NCBI GenBank assembly: GCA_964493485.1
Contig: CAZBMQ010000003.1
Span: 8,468-72,467 of the forward strand
Direction of reading: 5' to 3'
Source: an uncultured Candidatus Saccharibacteria bacterium
GTDB lineage: Bacteria; Patescibacteriota; Minisyncoccia; Minisyncoccales; JANBVM01
Length of the DNA stretch: 64,000 bases
The notes beneath the pieces are model-generated. The model was not told the origin of the DNA, ran no database searches, and saw only the letters and a list, made by a program, of their open reading frames with translations. Below are positions 1 through 8,202 of this stretch, one piece after another. The translations under genes and the position numbers were made by a program. The first letter of the stretch is position 1, and each line of letters begins with the position of its first letter.

Positions 1-1354
1 CTTTTAGTTTTGTCAATAAATCTTTAAAGAACAACTCTGACTGCACAATAGACATCTCAACTATTTTATCAATAGATTTCCCAGCTACTTTTACTGCCAA
101 CACTTCGGGTTTAAGTCTTTTCCCATTACAAACATTGCATCTTTTTTCAACCATATATTTCTTATATTCCTCTCTGGCATGATCTGAGTCAGTCTCATGA
201 AATTTTCTTTCCAGCCACGGAATTACTCCCTCAAAATCAATATCCCCATATAATATAGAATTAACATCTTCTTTAGATAATTCTTTAACAGGGTCGTACA
301 AAGAAAAATTATGGCGTTGTGCTAAATCTTCCAGTTTAGGCCAGAAATATCCCAACGGACCACCTCTTCCAGAAGCATAAGCCCAGGGAGCAATTGCTCC
401 TTCTGCAATCGACAGATTTGGATTAGGAATTACTCTTTCAGGATCTGCTTTTAATTTTTCACCTAACCCCTGACATGCAGGACATGCGCCATAAGGAGCA
501 TTAAATGAAAAAAGTCTTGGTTCTAATTCAGGCAAGGAAATACCGCATTCTTCACAGGCAAAATGCTCACTAAATATTAGATCCTGATATCCTCGAGGCT
601 TAAGGTTTGATGACAACTTCTGACTTACAATAACAATCCCTTTGCCCAACTTCAGTGCGGTCTCCAAAGAATCAACCAGCCGGGTTCTGTCTAGATTTTC
701 ATCCAAAACCAATCTATCCACCACTACCTCTATATTGTGTTTTTTATATCTTGCAAGTTTTAATTCCAAAGCTTCCTCTATACGATAGATTATTCCATCA
801 ATCCTCACTCTCACGAATCCGCTTCTCTGAATCTCTTCTAAAACCCCATGATACTCTCCTTTTTTTCCTCTTATCACAGGTCCTAAAATTATAATTTCAC
901 CAGGCTTTTTCTTTTCAGTTTTCAACTCTAAAACCTGTTCTGTAATTTGGTCAATTGTCTGCCTTTGAATCTTTCTCCCGCATTTAGGACAATGAGGAAT
1001 GCCTATTCTTGCAAAAAGCAGTCTTAAATAGTCATAGATCTCTGTGATTGTACCCACAGTAGATCTTGGGTTATGGGAAACAGTCCTTTGGTCAATTGAA
1101 ATAGCAGGAGAAATGCCTTCAATTTTATCCACATCGGGTTTTCTCATTATACCTAAAAACTGCCTGGCATAGGCAGAAAGAGATTCTACATATCTTCTCT
1201 GTCCTTCGGCATACAAAGTATCAAAAGCCAAAGAGGTCTTACCAGAGCCTGACACTCCAGTTATTGCAATGAGTTTATTTTTTGGAATATCTAAATTAAT
1301 ATTCTTTAGATTATGAACCCTGGCCCCTCTGATTTTAATAAAATTTCCAGACAT
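1..1354 (-). CDS. uvrA: Excinuclease ABC subunit A (5' part; runs off the window edge; absent from the ORF track)
   Basis: Manual translation from ATG 1354: MSGNFIKIRGARVHNLKNINLDIPKNKLIAITGVSGSGKTSLAFDTLYAEGQRRYVESLSAYARQFLG, the UvrA N-terminus with Walker A; later FSFNAPYGACPACQGLG zinc finger. Confidence 0.97.
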   Translation of the reverse strand, partial: MSGNFIKIRGARVHNLKNINLDIPKNKLIAITGVSGSGKTSLAFDTLYAEGQRRYVESLSAYARQFLGIMRKPDVDKIEGISPAISIDQRTVSHNPRSTVGTITEIYDYLRLLFARIGIPHCPKCGRKIQRQTIDQITEQVLELKTEKKKPGEIIILGPVIRGKKGEYHGVLEEIQRSGFVRVRIDGIIYRIEEALELKLARYKKHNIEVVVDRLVLDENLDRTRLVDSLETALKLGKGIVIVSQKLSSNLKPRGYQDLIFSEHFACEECGISLPELEPRLFSFNAPYGACPACQGLGEKLKADPERVIPNPNLSIAEGAIAPWAYASGRGGPLGYFWPKLEDLAQRHNFSLYDPVKELSKEDVNSILYGDIDFEGVIPWLERKFHETDSDHAREEYKKYMVEKRCNVCNGKRLKPEVLAVKVAGKSIDKIVEMSIVQSELFFKDLLTKLK

Positions 1355-1361
1355 AATCGTT

Positions 1362-1390
1362 ATTATATCCTAAATTAAAAAACTTTTCAA
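1362..1390 (-). promoter_or_regulatory. Sigma70-type promoter of uvrA (probably leaderless)
   Basis: TTGAAA-N17-TATAAT on the minus strand, with ATG 7 nt after the -10 box. Confidence 0.6.
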
Positions 1391-1404
1391 TAATAAAGTC
1401 TTAT

Positions 1405-1434
1405 TAAAAAATAAGTCAGTGAAACCACTGACTT
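1405..1434 (-). terminator. Intrinsic terminator after the 105-aa ORF
   Basis: Stem AAGTCAGTG/CACTGACTT (1413-1434) followed by a T-tract on the minus strand. Confidence 0.6.
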
Positions 1435-1444
1435 TATAAATGTG

Positions 1445-1762
1445 CTAAGAATATTCATATACATCAGAAAAAATCACCCGGATATTCCATGGCAATTTGT
1501 TTATTTCTGAACTCAAAAGACTCATTTCTCCTTCTGTGAAAGAAAATCCATGCTTTCCTTCTACTTTTCCTTTTACTTTTCGAATAAAATCTAATTCTAT
1601 CTCTAAGTGAGGTTTTTCTTCCATCAATTTCTGCATAGTGATCCTTGCCTCATTTGAAATCTTTTTCAAAACTTCAATATCTTGATATCTCTCCGGTATC
1701 ACATATCTGACAACTATACTCTTTTCTGAAAACACGATCTCTGGCTCTTCCACTCTTTCCAC
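1445..1762 (-). CDS. Hypothetical protein (105 aa)
   Basis: Fills the gap between uvrA and uvrC; protein-like composition; followed by a terminator; no recognised motif. Confidence 0.55.
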   Translation of the reverse strand: MERVEEPEIVFSEKSIVVRYVIPERYQDIEVLKKISNEARITMQKLMEEKPHLEIELDFIRKVKGKVEGKHGFSFTEGEMSLLSSEINKLPWNIRVIFSDVYEYS

Positions 1763-1818
1763 CTTTTTTTGTTAATATTATATTTCTTGCCTATTTTGAA
1801 AATTTGTCAAGCTCTTAA

Positions 1819-1847
1819 TTGAAAACAGCAATATTTTTAAGTAGAAT
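1819..1847 (+). promoter_or_regulatory. Sigma70-type promoter of uvrC (probably leaderless)
   Basis: TTGAAA-N17-TAGAAT, with ATG 1855 lying 7 nt downstream. Confidence 0.55.
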
Positions 1848-1854
1848 TTACAGT

Positions 1855-3123
1855 ATGGAAAGGTTTAAATTTCTTAAAAAAGAAGAGGTTTCAAATCTGC
1901 CAAAAACTTCTGGAGTGTATGCCTTTAAAAGCAAAAGGGAAATTTTATATATTGGAAAAGCAATTAACATTAAAGAAAGAGTGAAAAATCATTTTCAAAA
2001 GTCAAGCTTTAGAGACAATCTATTCATAGATAAAGTAGAGAATGTGGGATTTATTAAAACAAATTCTGAAATCGCAGCTTTAATCTTAGAGGCAAATTTA
2101 ATCAAAAAGTATCAACCAAAATATAACATTATGTGGAGAGATGATAAGAATTTTTTTTATGTTGGCATCACAAAGCAGAATCTACCCAGGATATTTATCA
2201 CACATCAGATCAAAAAAGAAAAAATAAAAAATGGAAAGCAAACTGTGTTTATAGGACCATTTGTCGACGGCACCAGCCTAAAAAAAACATTAAAAATACT
2301 CAGAAAAATATTTCCCTACTATACAGTAAAAAAACATTCAAGGCTTCCTTGCACCTGGTGTCATTTAGGGCTTTGTCCCGGACCTAATCCAGATGAAAAA
2401 AAATACAAAAAAAACATCAAAAATCTAATTTCTATCTTAAAAGGAAAAAGCGCCCCTGTTTTAAAAAGTTTAAAAAAAGAAATGAAAAAAGCAGCTAAGC
2501 TGCAGGAATACGAAAAGGCTGCAGGATTAAGAGATAAAATCCAAGCCCTACAAAGGACCATCTCGCATGCTAAGATTTTTGAAGAAATAAAAGCAAAAAA
2601 AGATAAATGGGAAAAAATAGAAAAAGAGCTTAAAAAAATCTTAAAAACAAAAAAGAAAATCTTAAGAATTGAAGCCTACGATGTCTCAAATATCCAAGGG
2701 CAAAAAGCTACTGGTTCCATGGTAACATTCATTCAGGGAAATCCAGAGAAAGATTTCTACCGAAGATTTAAAATAAAGTCTATAGATAAACCAAATGACA
2801 TAGCTATGATAGAAGAAGTGTTAGAAAGAAGATTTAAGCATTTGGAATGGAAAATGCCAGATGTGATTTTAATTGATGGAGGCAAAGCCCAATTAAACAT
2901 TGCAATAAAAACAAAAAACAGAAATAGGAAAACAAAGAATATAAGTGTGATAAGTCTGGCAAAAAAACAAAATAAGTTGTATATTGAAAATCGAAAAGAT
3001 CCGATATTATTAAAAAAACTATCAAAAGAGGTTGCTGATTTAATTCTACAAATAAGAGACGAAGCTCATAGGTTTGCAATCACTTATCACAGAAAATTGC
3101 GAAAAAAGGAGTTATTTGGGTAA
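1855..3123 (+). CDS. uvrC: Excinuclease ABC subunit C (short form without C-terminal HhH2)
   Basis: GIY-YIG (GVYAF..LYIGKA), UVR domain (EYEKAAGLRDKI), RNase H-like domain (IEAYDVSN, ILIDGGKAQL, QIRDEAHRFA); ATG 1855 preferred over TTG 1819. Confidence 0.93.
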   Translation: MERFKFLKKEEVSNLPKTSGVYAFKSKREILYIGKAINIKERVKNHFQKSSFRDNLFIDKVENVGFIKTNSEIAALILEANLIKKYQPKYNIMWRDDKNFFYVGITKQNLPRIFITHQIKKEKIKNGKQTVFIGPFVDGTSLKKTLKILRKIFPYYTVKKHSRLPCTWCHLGLCPGPNPDEKKYKKNIKNLISILKGKSAPVLKSLKKEMKKAAKLQEYEKAAGLRDKIQALQRTISHAKIFEEIKAKKDKWEKIEKELKKILKTKKKILRIEAYDVSNIQGQKATGSMVTFIQGNPEKDFYRRFKIKSIDKPNDIAMIEEVLERRFKHLEWKMPDVILIDGGKAQLNIAIKTKNRNRKTKNISVISLAKKQNKLYIENRKDPILLKKLSKEVADLILQIRDEAHRFAITYHRKLRKKELFG

Positions 3124-3208
3124 TCCTCGCCTACTATACTTGTTAAATTAATTATTTCTTGCTATTATCTTAAAAGATACCCAAAATATCTTTTTTTGAA
3201 TAAAAATT

Positions 3209-3592
3209 ATGTTAGAACGATTATTTTGGTATATCATAGCTGGAATCCTGTCAATCTTTCTTGCAACAAAGTTCGTACCCGGGGTAAGTTTAGAGATAAT
3301 CCCCGGGCAAAGTGTTTATTTTGGAATAGAACTAACAGAACAATGGCATATTCTTTTTTTGGTTGGAGGAATCTTGGGTTTTATTAATTGTTTTATCAAA
3401 CCGATCTTAGACAAAATTACTATACCACTGAAGATCTTGACTTTGGGTTTATTTTCTTTAATCCTTAATATGATGCTTATTTGGTTTCTGGATATATTGT
3501 TTCCAGAACTCCAGATCTTGGGCATTGCCGCTTTATTCTTTACTACAATCATAGTATGGATAATTAATTTTCTTTTAGGGGTGAGGAAATAA
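3209..3592 (+). CDS. 4-TM membrane protein, YvlD/phage-holin superfamily IV-like
   Basis: ILGFINCFIKPIL..ITIPLKILTLGLFSLILN signature; 4 hydrophobic helices. Confidence 0.8.
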   Translation: MLERLFWYIIAGILSIFLATKFVPGVSLEIIPGQSVYFGIELTEQWHILFLVGGILGFINCFIKPILDKITIPLKILTLGLFSLILNMMLIWFLDILFPELQILGIAALFFTTIIVWIINFLLGVRK

Positions 3593-3621
3593 TCTCTCTT
3601 TTACCATACTCATATTGATTT

Positions 3622-3837
3622 ATGAAAGAAATCTTGCTAATCTCTCAAATCATAGTCTCTATATTCTTAACCATTTTAATTCTTTTACAGCAAAGAGGCG
3701 GGGCTTTGGGTTCTGCATTTGGAGGAAGCGGAGAGTTCTATGCCTCAAGAAGGGGAATAGAAAAGAAAATATTTATTGCCACAATAGTATTGGGGATTGT
3801 CTTTGTGGCTTTGGCTTTGTTGAATCTTATTATATAA
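3622..3837 (+). CDS. secG: Preprotein translocase subunit SecG
   Basis: ILLQQRGGALGSAFGG motif between two TM helices, 71 aa. Confidence 0.93.
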   Translation: MKEILLISQIIVSIFLTILILLQQRGGALGSAFGGSGEFYASRRGIEKKIFIATIVLGIVFVALALLNLII

Positions 3838-3847
3838 TCAATTTACT

Positions 3848-5860
3848 ATGTCTAAACGCTGGCCTTCGAAAAAACAATGGAGGCAATTTTTTAAAGTTTT
3901 GAAAAAAGAAGAAAAAATTATTTTCTCTATTTTGCTTGCCTTGTTCTCAGGCTCTCTTTTATATCTTTTGGTTAATTTTTATTTTGAACAAACAAAAATA
4001 GCGCCAGCACCTGGAGGAATATATGTAGAAGGTGTGGTTGGTTTCCCAAGATTTATAAATCCTGTATATGCCACAATTTCAGATGTAGATAGAGACCTGA
4101 CAGAACTTATCTTTTCTGGATTAATGAAATATGATTTACAAAATAAACTCCAATTAGATCTGGCAAAAGAATATAAAATACTGGAAGACGGAAAGGTGTA
4201 TGAATTCACCTTAAAAGAAAATCTAGTATGGCAGGACTCACAACCCCTTACTGCAGACGATGTGATATTCACAATAGAAACAATACAGAACGCAGAGATT
4301 AAAAGTCCTTTGAGAACAACTTGGCTGGGAGTGGAAATAGAAAAAATTTCTGACCTTACTTTGCGCTTTAGACTTAAAAATGAATCTTCAATTTTCTTGG
4401 AAAACTGTACTTTAAAGATAATACCAAAACACATCTGGGAAAATGTTTCAGCTTCAAACTTCTCCTTGAGTCCGTTGAACTTAAATCCAGTGGGCTCAGG
4501 ACCCTATAAATTGGAAAATCTGTTCCAAGACGATGACGGAAAGATAATCTCTTTAGATTTAGTAAGAAATCCTTTATACTTTGATAATCCTCCATATCTT
4601 TCCAAAATCTCTTTCAGATTCTTTAGTTCAGAAAAAGAATTAATTTCAGCCTATGGAAAAGGAGAAATAAAAGGGTTTGCATTAAATTCTATTGATACCA
4701 TTCCTGGATGCAATCTTGATCCAAATTCAAGCAATATCTGTGAAAGCGGAAAGATTTATTCGTTTACCCTTCCTAGATATTTTTCGGTGTTTTTCAATCC
4801 TAAAAACTCAAAAGCGCTTTCAGAAAAAAATGTAAGAATCGCACTAAACTATGCCACAAACAAAGAAGAAATCTTAAGCAATCTCTTTGCAAACCAAGGA
4901 AAAATTGTTCATTCCCCTATCTTGCCTGAAATCTATGGATTCAAAAACCCTACAGAAATTTATGAATACGATGCAGAAAAAGCCAATGAGATTTTAGAAA
5001 AAGCTGGATTCTTAACAAATGAAGACGGTTTTAGAGAAAAAACAATAAAGAAAACTCCTGCCTTTACTTTTAAAAGTACTCTTTCTGTAGGATCGAGAGG
5101 AGAAGAGGTCACAGAACTTCAGAAGTGTTTGGCTAATCCTCCAGCAGGAGGACCTGATATATATCCTGAAGGAAAAATCACTGGATATTTTGGCTCCCAA
5201 ACAAAAGCTGCTGTGATAAGATTTCAAGAAAAATATGCTAAAGATATCTTAGAACCATTTGGCCTAAAAAGCGGAACAGGACAAGTAAAAGCAAAGACTA
5301 GAGAAAAACTAAATGAGGTGTGCTTTGAAAAACCAGAAGAAAAGATTCCTTTAAAATTTTCTCTTATTACTGTGGACCAGCCAACTCTTAAAAAAGTGGC
5401 TGAAAATTTAAAAGAACAATGGGAAAAAGTAGGTGCTCAGATAACAATTAAAACATTTGATATTAATACACTAGAAAGGGAGGTTCTTAGAAAAAGAGAT
5501 TTTGAAGCCCTGTTGTTTGGAGAAGTATTAGGGGCTATACCAGATCCATTTCCCTTTTGGCATTCCTCTCAAAAAGGAGAATTAGGGCTGAATCTGGCTA
5601 ATTATGAAAATAAGGAATCTGACAAACTTTTAGAAGACAACAGGAAGTCATTAGATCCCGAAGAAAGAAGAGAAGATCTTGAAGAATTTCAAGAAATTTT
5701 AATAAAAGATTGTCCTGTTGTGTTTTTATATAATCCAGATTATCGCTATTTTGTGTCTAAAGAAATTAAAGGAATAAAGGAAGGGACAATTGTTGACCCG
5801 TCAAAAAGATTTATTGATATAGAAGAATGGTATATCAAAACAAAAAGAGTGTGGGACTAA
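3848..5860 (+). CDS. Family-5 (OppA/DppA-like) ABC substrate-binding protein with N-terminal TM anchor and inserted peptidoglycan-binding domain
   Basis: IFSGLMKY..DLAKEY..YEFTLKENLVWQDSQPLTADDVIFT and PVGSGPY; insert LSVGSRGEEVTELQKCL..TGYFGSQTKAAVIRFQ matches PG_binding_1. Confidence 0.88.
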   Translation: MSKRWPSKKQWRQFFKVLKKEEKIIFSILLALFSGSLLYLLVNFYFEQTKIAPAPGGIYVEGVVGFPRFINPVYATISDVDRDLTELIFSGLMKYDLQNKLQLDLAKEYKILEDGKVYEFTLKENLVWQDSQPLTADDVIFTIETIQNAEIKSPLRTTWLGVEIEKISDLTLRFRLKNESSIFLENCTLKIIPKHIWENVSASNFSLSPLNLNPVGSGPYKLENLFQDDDGKIISLDLVRNPLYFDNPPYLSKISFRFFSSEKELISAYGKGEIKGFALNSIDTIPGCNLDPNSSNICESGKIYSFTLPRYFSVFFNPKNSKALSEKNVRIALNYATNKEEILSNLFANQGKIVHSPILPEIYGFKNPTEIYEYDAEKANEILEKAGFLTNEDGFREKTIKKTPAFTFKSTLSVGSRGEEVTELQKCLANPPAGGPDIYPEGKITGYFGSQTKAAVIRFQEKYAKDILEPFGLKSGTGQVKAKTREKLNEVCFEKPEEKIPLKFSLITVDQPTLKKVAENLKEQWEKVGAQITIKTFDINTLEREVLRKRDFEALLFGEVLGAIPDPFPFWHSSQKGELGLNLANYENKESDKLLEDNRKSLDPEERREDLEEFQEILIKDCPVVFLYNPDYRYFVSKEIKGIKEGTIVDPSKRFIDIEEWYIKTKRVWD

Positions 5861-5864
5861 AATA

Positions 5865-6470
5865 ATGAATAAAACAAAGAAAATTGAAAAAATAAAAGGA
5901 ATAAAACCTGACATTAGATATCTGAATGACATGAGAAAAGTTCTTTATGATAAAGAATGGCAAAAGACTGCTCCTAATCTTGAGCTTTACTATATGTACA
6001 GAGGGATAAAAGAAAAAAACGGGCTTAGATACGACATCACAATAATTCCTCCAAAAATGCTTGGGAAAGAGTTTGTAAAAACAAAAGGACATTATCATAA
6101 AGGAAGTTATGGAGAATTATATATCGTTTTAGAAGGAAAAGCCATTTATTTAATGCAGAAAGAAAAAAATGGAAAGATTGAAGATGTCTATTATGTCAAA
6201 GCAAAAAAGGGGGATTTTGTTCCAATCCCGCCCTATTACGGTCATATCACTATAAATCCATCTTATGAAAAATTAAAAATGGCAAATTGGGTATCAAAAG
6301 AATGCAAATCAGATTATACTCCAATAGGAAAGAAAGGAGGGGCATGTTATTTTTATACTAAATCTGGTTGGATAAAGAATAAAAATTACAAAAATGTTCC
6401 TAAGCTCCATTTTAAAAGGCCGAAGAAATCATTTCCTAAAAATTTAACATTTCTTTACGGCGTATCATAA
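5865..6470 (+). CDS. Cupin-type (archaeal-type) glucose-6-phosphate isomerase
   Basis: LRYDITII.P..LGKEFVKTKGHYH...ELY.VLEG and IPPYYGHITIN cupin metal motifs. Confidence 0.85.
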   Translation: MNKTKKIEKIKGIKPDIRYLNDMRKVLYDKEWQKTAPNLELYYMYRGIKEKNGLRYDITIIPPKMLGKEFVKTKGHYHKGSYGELYIVLEGKAIYLMQKEKNGKIEDVYYVKAKKGDFVPIPPYYGHITINPSYEKLKMANWVSKECKSDYTPIGKKGGACYFYTKSGWIKNKNYKNVPKLHFKRPKKSFPKNLTFLYGVS

Positions 6471-6474
6471 AAAT

Positions 6475-7311
6475 ATGACAAATAAAATTAAAAAAGCTGT
6501 TATCCCAATAGCTGGATTGGGAACAAGATTCTTGCCTCTATCAAAAATTATTCCAAAAGAATTCTTTCCTTTAGGGACGAAACCTGTAGTGCAATATGTG
6601 GTCGAAGAAGCTCTAAAGGCAGGAATAGAAGAAATTATATTTGTCGTATCTCCTAAAAAAAAGAATATCTTTAGAAAATATATATTAAAATACTTTCAAG
6701 AGGAAAAAGAACTTTTAAGAATTTTAAAAAGAAGGAAAAAAGAAAAAGCATTAAAAGCTCTTAATGAAATTCCAAAGATAAAATATAGATATACAATCCA
6801 GAAAAAACCTCTTGGAGATGGTGACGCAATACTAAGGGCTGAAAAACTCGTGGGGAAAGAACCTTTCTTGGTTCTCTTTGGCGATGATGTATCATGGGGA
6901 GAAAAAGGAATGCCTACACAACTTGTGGAAGCCTTCAATAAAATAAAAAAGCCTCTCTTGTGTCTCTATAAAATGCCAAAGAATAAACTCTCTGCATATG
7001 GAGTTCCTAAGGTTGAAAAAGTAAAAGATAGAATATATAGAATTAAAGACCTGATAGAGAAGCCTAAAAAGAATCCTCCTTCGGATTTTGCGCTTGTTGG
7101 CAACTATGTGCTAACACCTGATGTCTTTGATTATCTCAAAAAAACCCAACCAAAAAATGAAGAAATAATTTTAGCTAATGCTCTAAGAAAAATGATTGAA
7201 GAAGGGAAAGATATATTTGGCCTCTGGGTTAAAGGAAGATGGTTAGAGTGCGGAGATAAAGAAAAATGGATAAAGAGCTTTATATTTCTAACCAAATCAA
7301 AGAAAAAATGA
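6475..7311 (+). CDS. galU: UTP-glucose-1-phosphate uridylyltransferase
   Basis: KAVIPIAGLGTRFLP..K..PKE, QKKPLGDGDAI, LIEKP motifs. Confidence 0.85.
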   Translation: MTNKIKKAVIPIAGLGTRFLPLSKIIPKEFFPLGTKPVVQYVVEEALKAGIEEIIFVVSPKKKNIFRKYILKYFQEEKELLRILKRRKKEKALKALNEIPKIKYRYTIQKKPLGDGDAILRAEKLVGKEPFLVLFGDDVSWGEKGMPTQLVEAFNKIKKPLLCLYKMPKNKLSAYGVPKVEKVKDRIYRIKDLIEKPKKNPPSDFALVGNYVLTPDVFDYLKKTQPKNEEIILANALRKMIEEGKDIFGLWVKGRWLECGDKEKWIKSFIFLTKSKKK

Positions 7312-8009
7312 AGGGATTCATTTTAGCAGCAGGAGAAGGCACAAGGCTCTATCCTCTCACGCTGGAAATACCAAAACCCTTACTGCCGGTAGGGAAAATT
7401 CCAGTAATCACATATCTGGTAGATTTATATTTAAAATATGGAGTGAATGATATCAAAATAAATATCCAGCAAAAACATCTTGAAGATTTTTATAAATGGA
7501 AGGCTACATATTTCCCAAGAGAAAAAATTGAATTTATTGTAGAACCAAAACCTTCAGGCACATTCACTCCAATCGCTAAAAAATTAGACCCTAAATGGTT
7601 TTCGAGAGCAATAGTAGTATCAAACGGAGATGAATTAAAAGAACTCAATCTTAAAAAAATGATAGACTTTCACAAGAAAAAGAAAGCTTTGGTTACAATC
7701 GGACTAGTAAAAGTAAAAGATCCAGGAGCCTATGGCTCTGTAAAAGTAAAGAATGACAAAATTATAGAGTTTAGTGAAAAAACAGAAAAACCTCTCTCAT
7801 CGTATATCAACTCCGGGCTTTATATAATGAATCCCGGAATTAGAAAATACTTCAAAAAGGGAGCTACTTTTTCAATGCTGGAAACAGATCTGTTTCCAAA
7901 ATTAGCAAAAGAAAGAAAATTGTTTGGATATAAATGGAAAGGAAAATGGCAAGATGTAGGCACCTGGAAACGATGGGAAGAAGCAATAAAGCATTGGAAC
8001 AAAAAATAA
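7308..8009 (+). CDS. Sugar-phosphate nucleotidyltransferase (NTP_transferase family)
   Basis: MKGFILAAGEGTRLYPLT..PKPLLPV, WQDVGT; ATG 7308 overlaps the galU stop (ATGA). Confidence 0.88.
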   Translation: MKGFILAAGEGTRLYPLTLEIPKPLLPVGKIPVITYLVDLYLKYGVNDIKINIQQKHLEDFYKWKATYFPREKIEFIVEPKPSGTFTPIAKKLDPKWFSRAIVVSNGDELKELNLKKMIDFHKKKKALVTIGLVKVKDPGAYGSVKVKNDKIIEFSEKTEKPLSSYINSGLYIMNPGIRKYFKKGATFSMLETDLFPKLAKERKLFGYKWKGKWQDVGTWKRWEEAIKHWNKK

Positions 8010-8016
8010 TACTCCT

Positions 8017-8100
8017 GCCCAGGTGGTGGAACTGGCAGACACGTTAGCTTCAGGAGCTAATGCTCGCAAGAGCTTGGGAGTTCGAATCTCCCCCTGGGCA
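8017..8100 (+). tRNA. tRNA-Leu (CAG)
   Basis: Acceptor GCCCAGG/CCTGGGC, anticodon arm TTAGC-TTCAGGA-GCTAA, long variable arm, TTCGAAT T-loop; no encoded CCA. Confidence 0.95.
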
Positions 8101-8121
8101 CAGTTTACATAAACTAAGATC

Positions 8122-8190
8122 CTAAATCTCTAAATAATAGTATAAAATCCAATCTTCGATGGATTTGGAATACTTTATTTAGAATTTAGA
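8122..8190. repeat. Imperfect long hairpin made of heptamer-like units; shares 22 bp with 30121-30142
   Basis: ctaaatctctaaataatagtat..aaatcca pairs with tggattt..atactttatttagaatttag. Confidence 0.55.
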
Positions 8191-8202
8191 TTTAAAACTC
8201 TT

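Noticed and set aside
655-894. 79-aa plus-strand ORF and the many other short ORFs overlapping long genes
   Set aside because: Shadow frames of well-supported genes (here uvrA) with no motifs of their own
3209-3592. Holin-family gene as evidence of a prophage
   Set aside because: YvlD-like proteins are common chromosomal genes; no phage structural, lysis or integrase genes nearby
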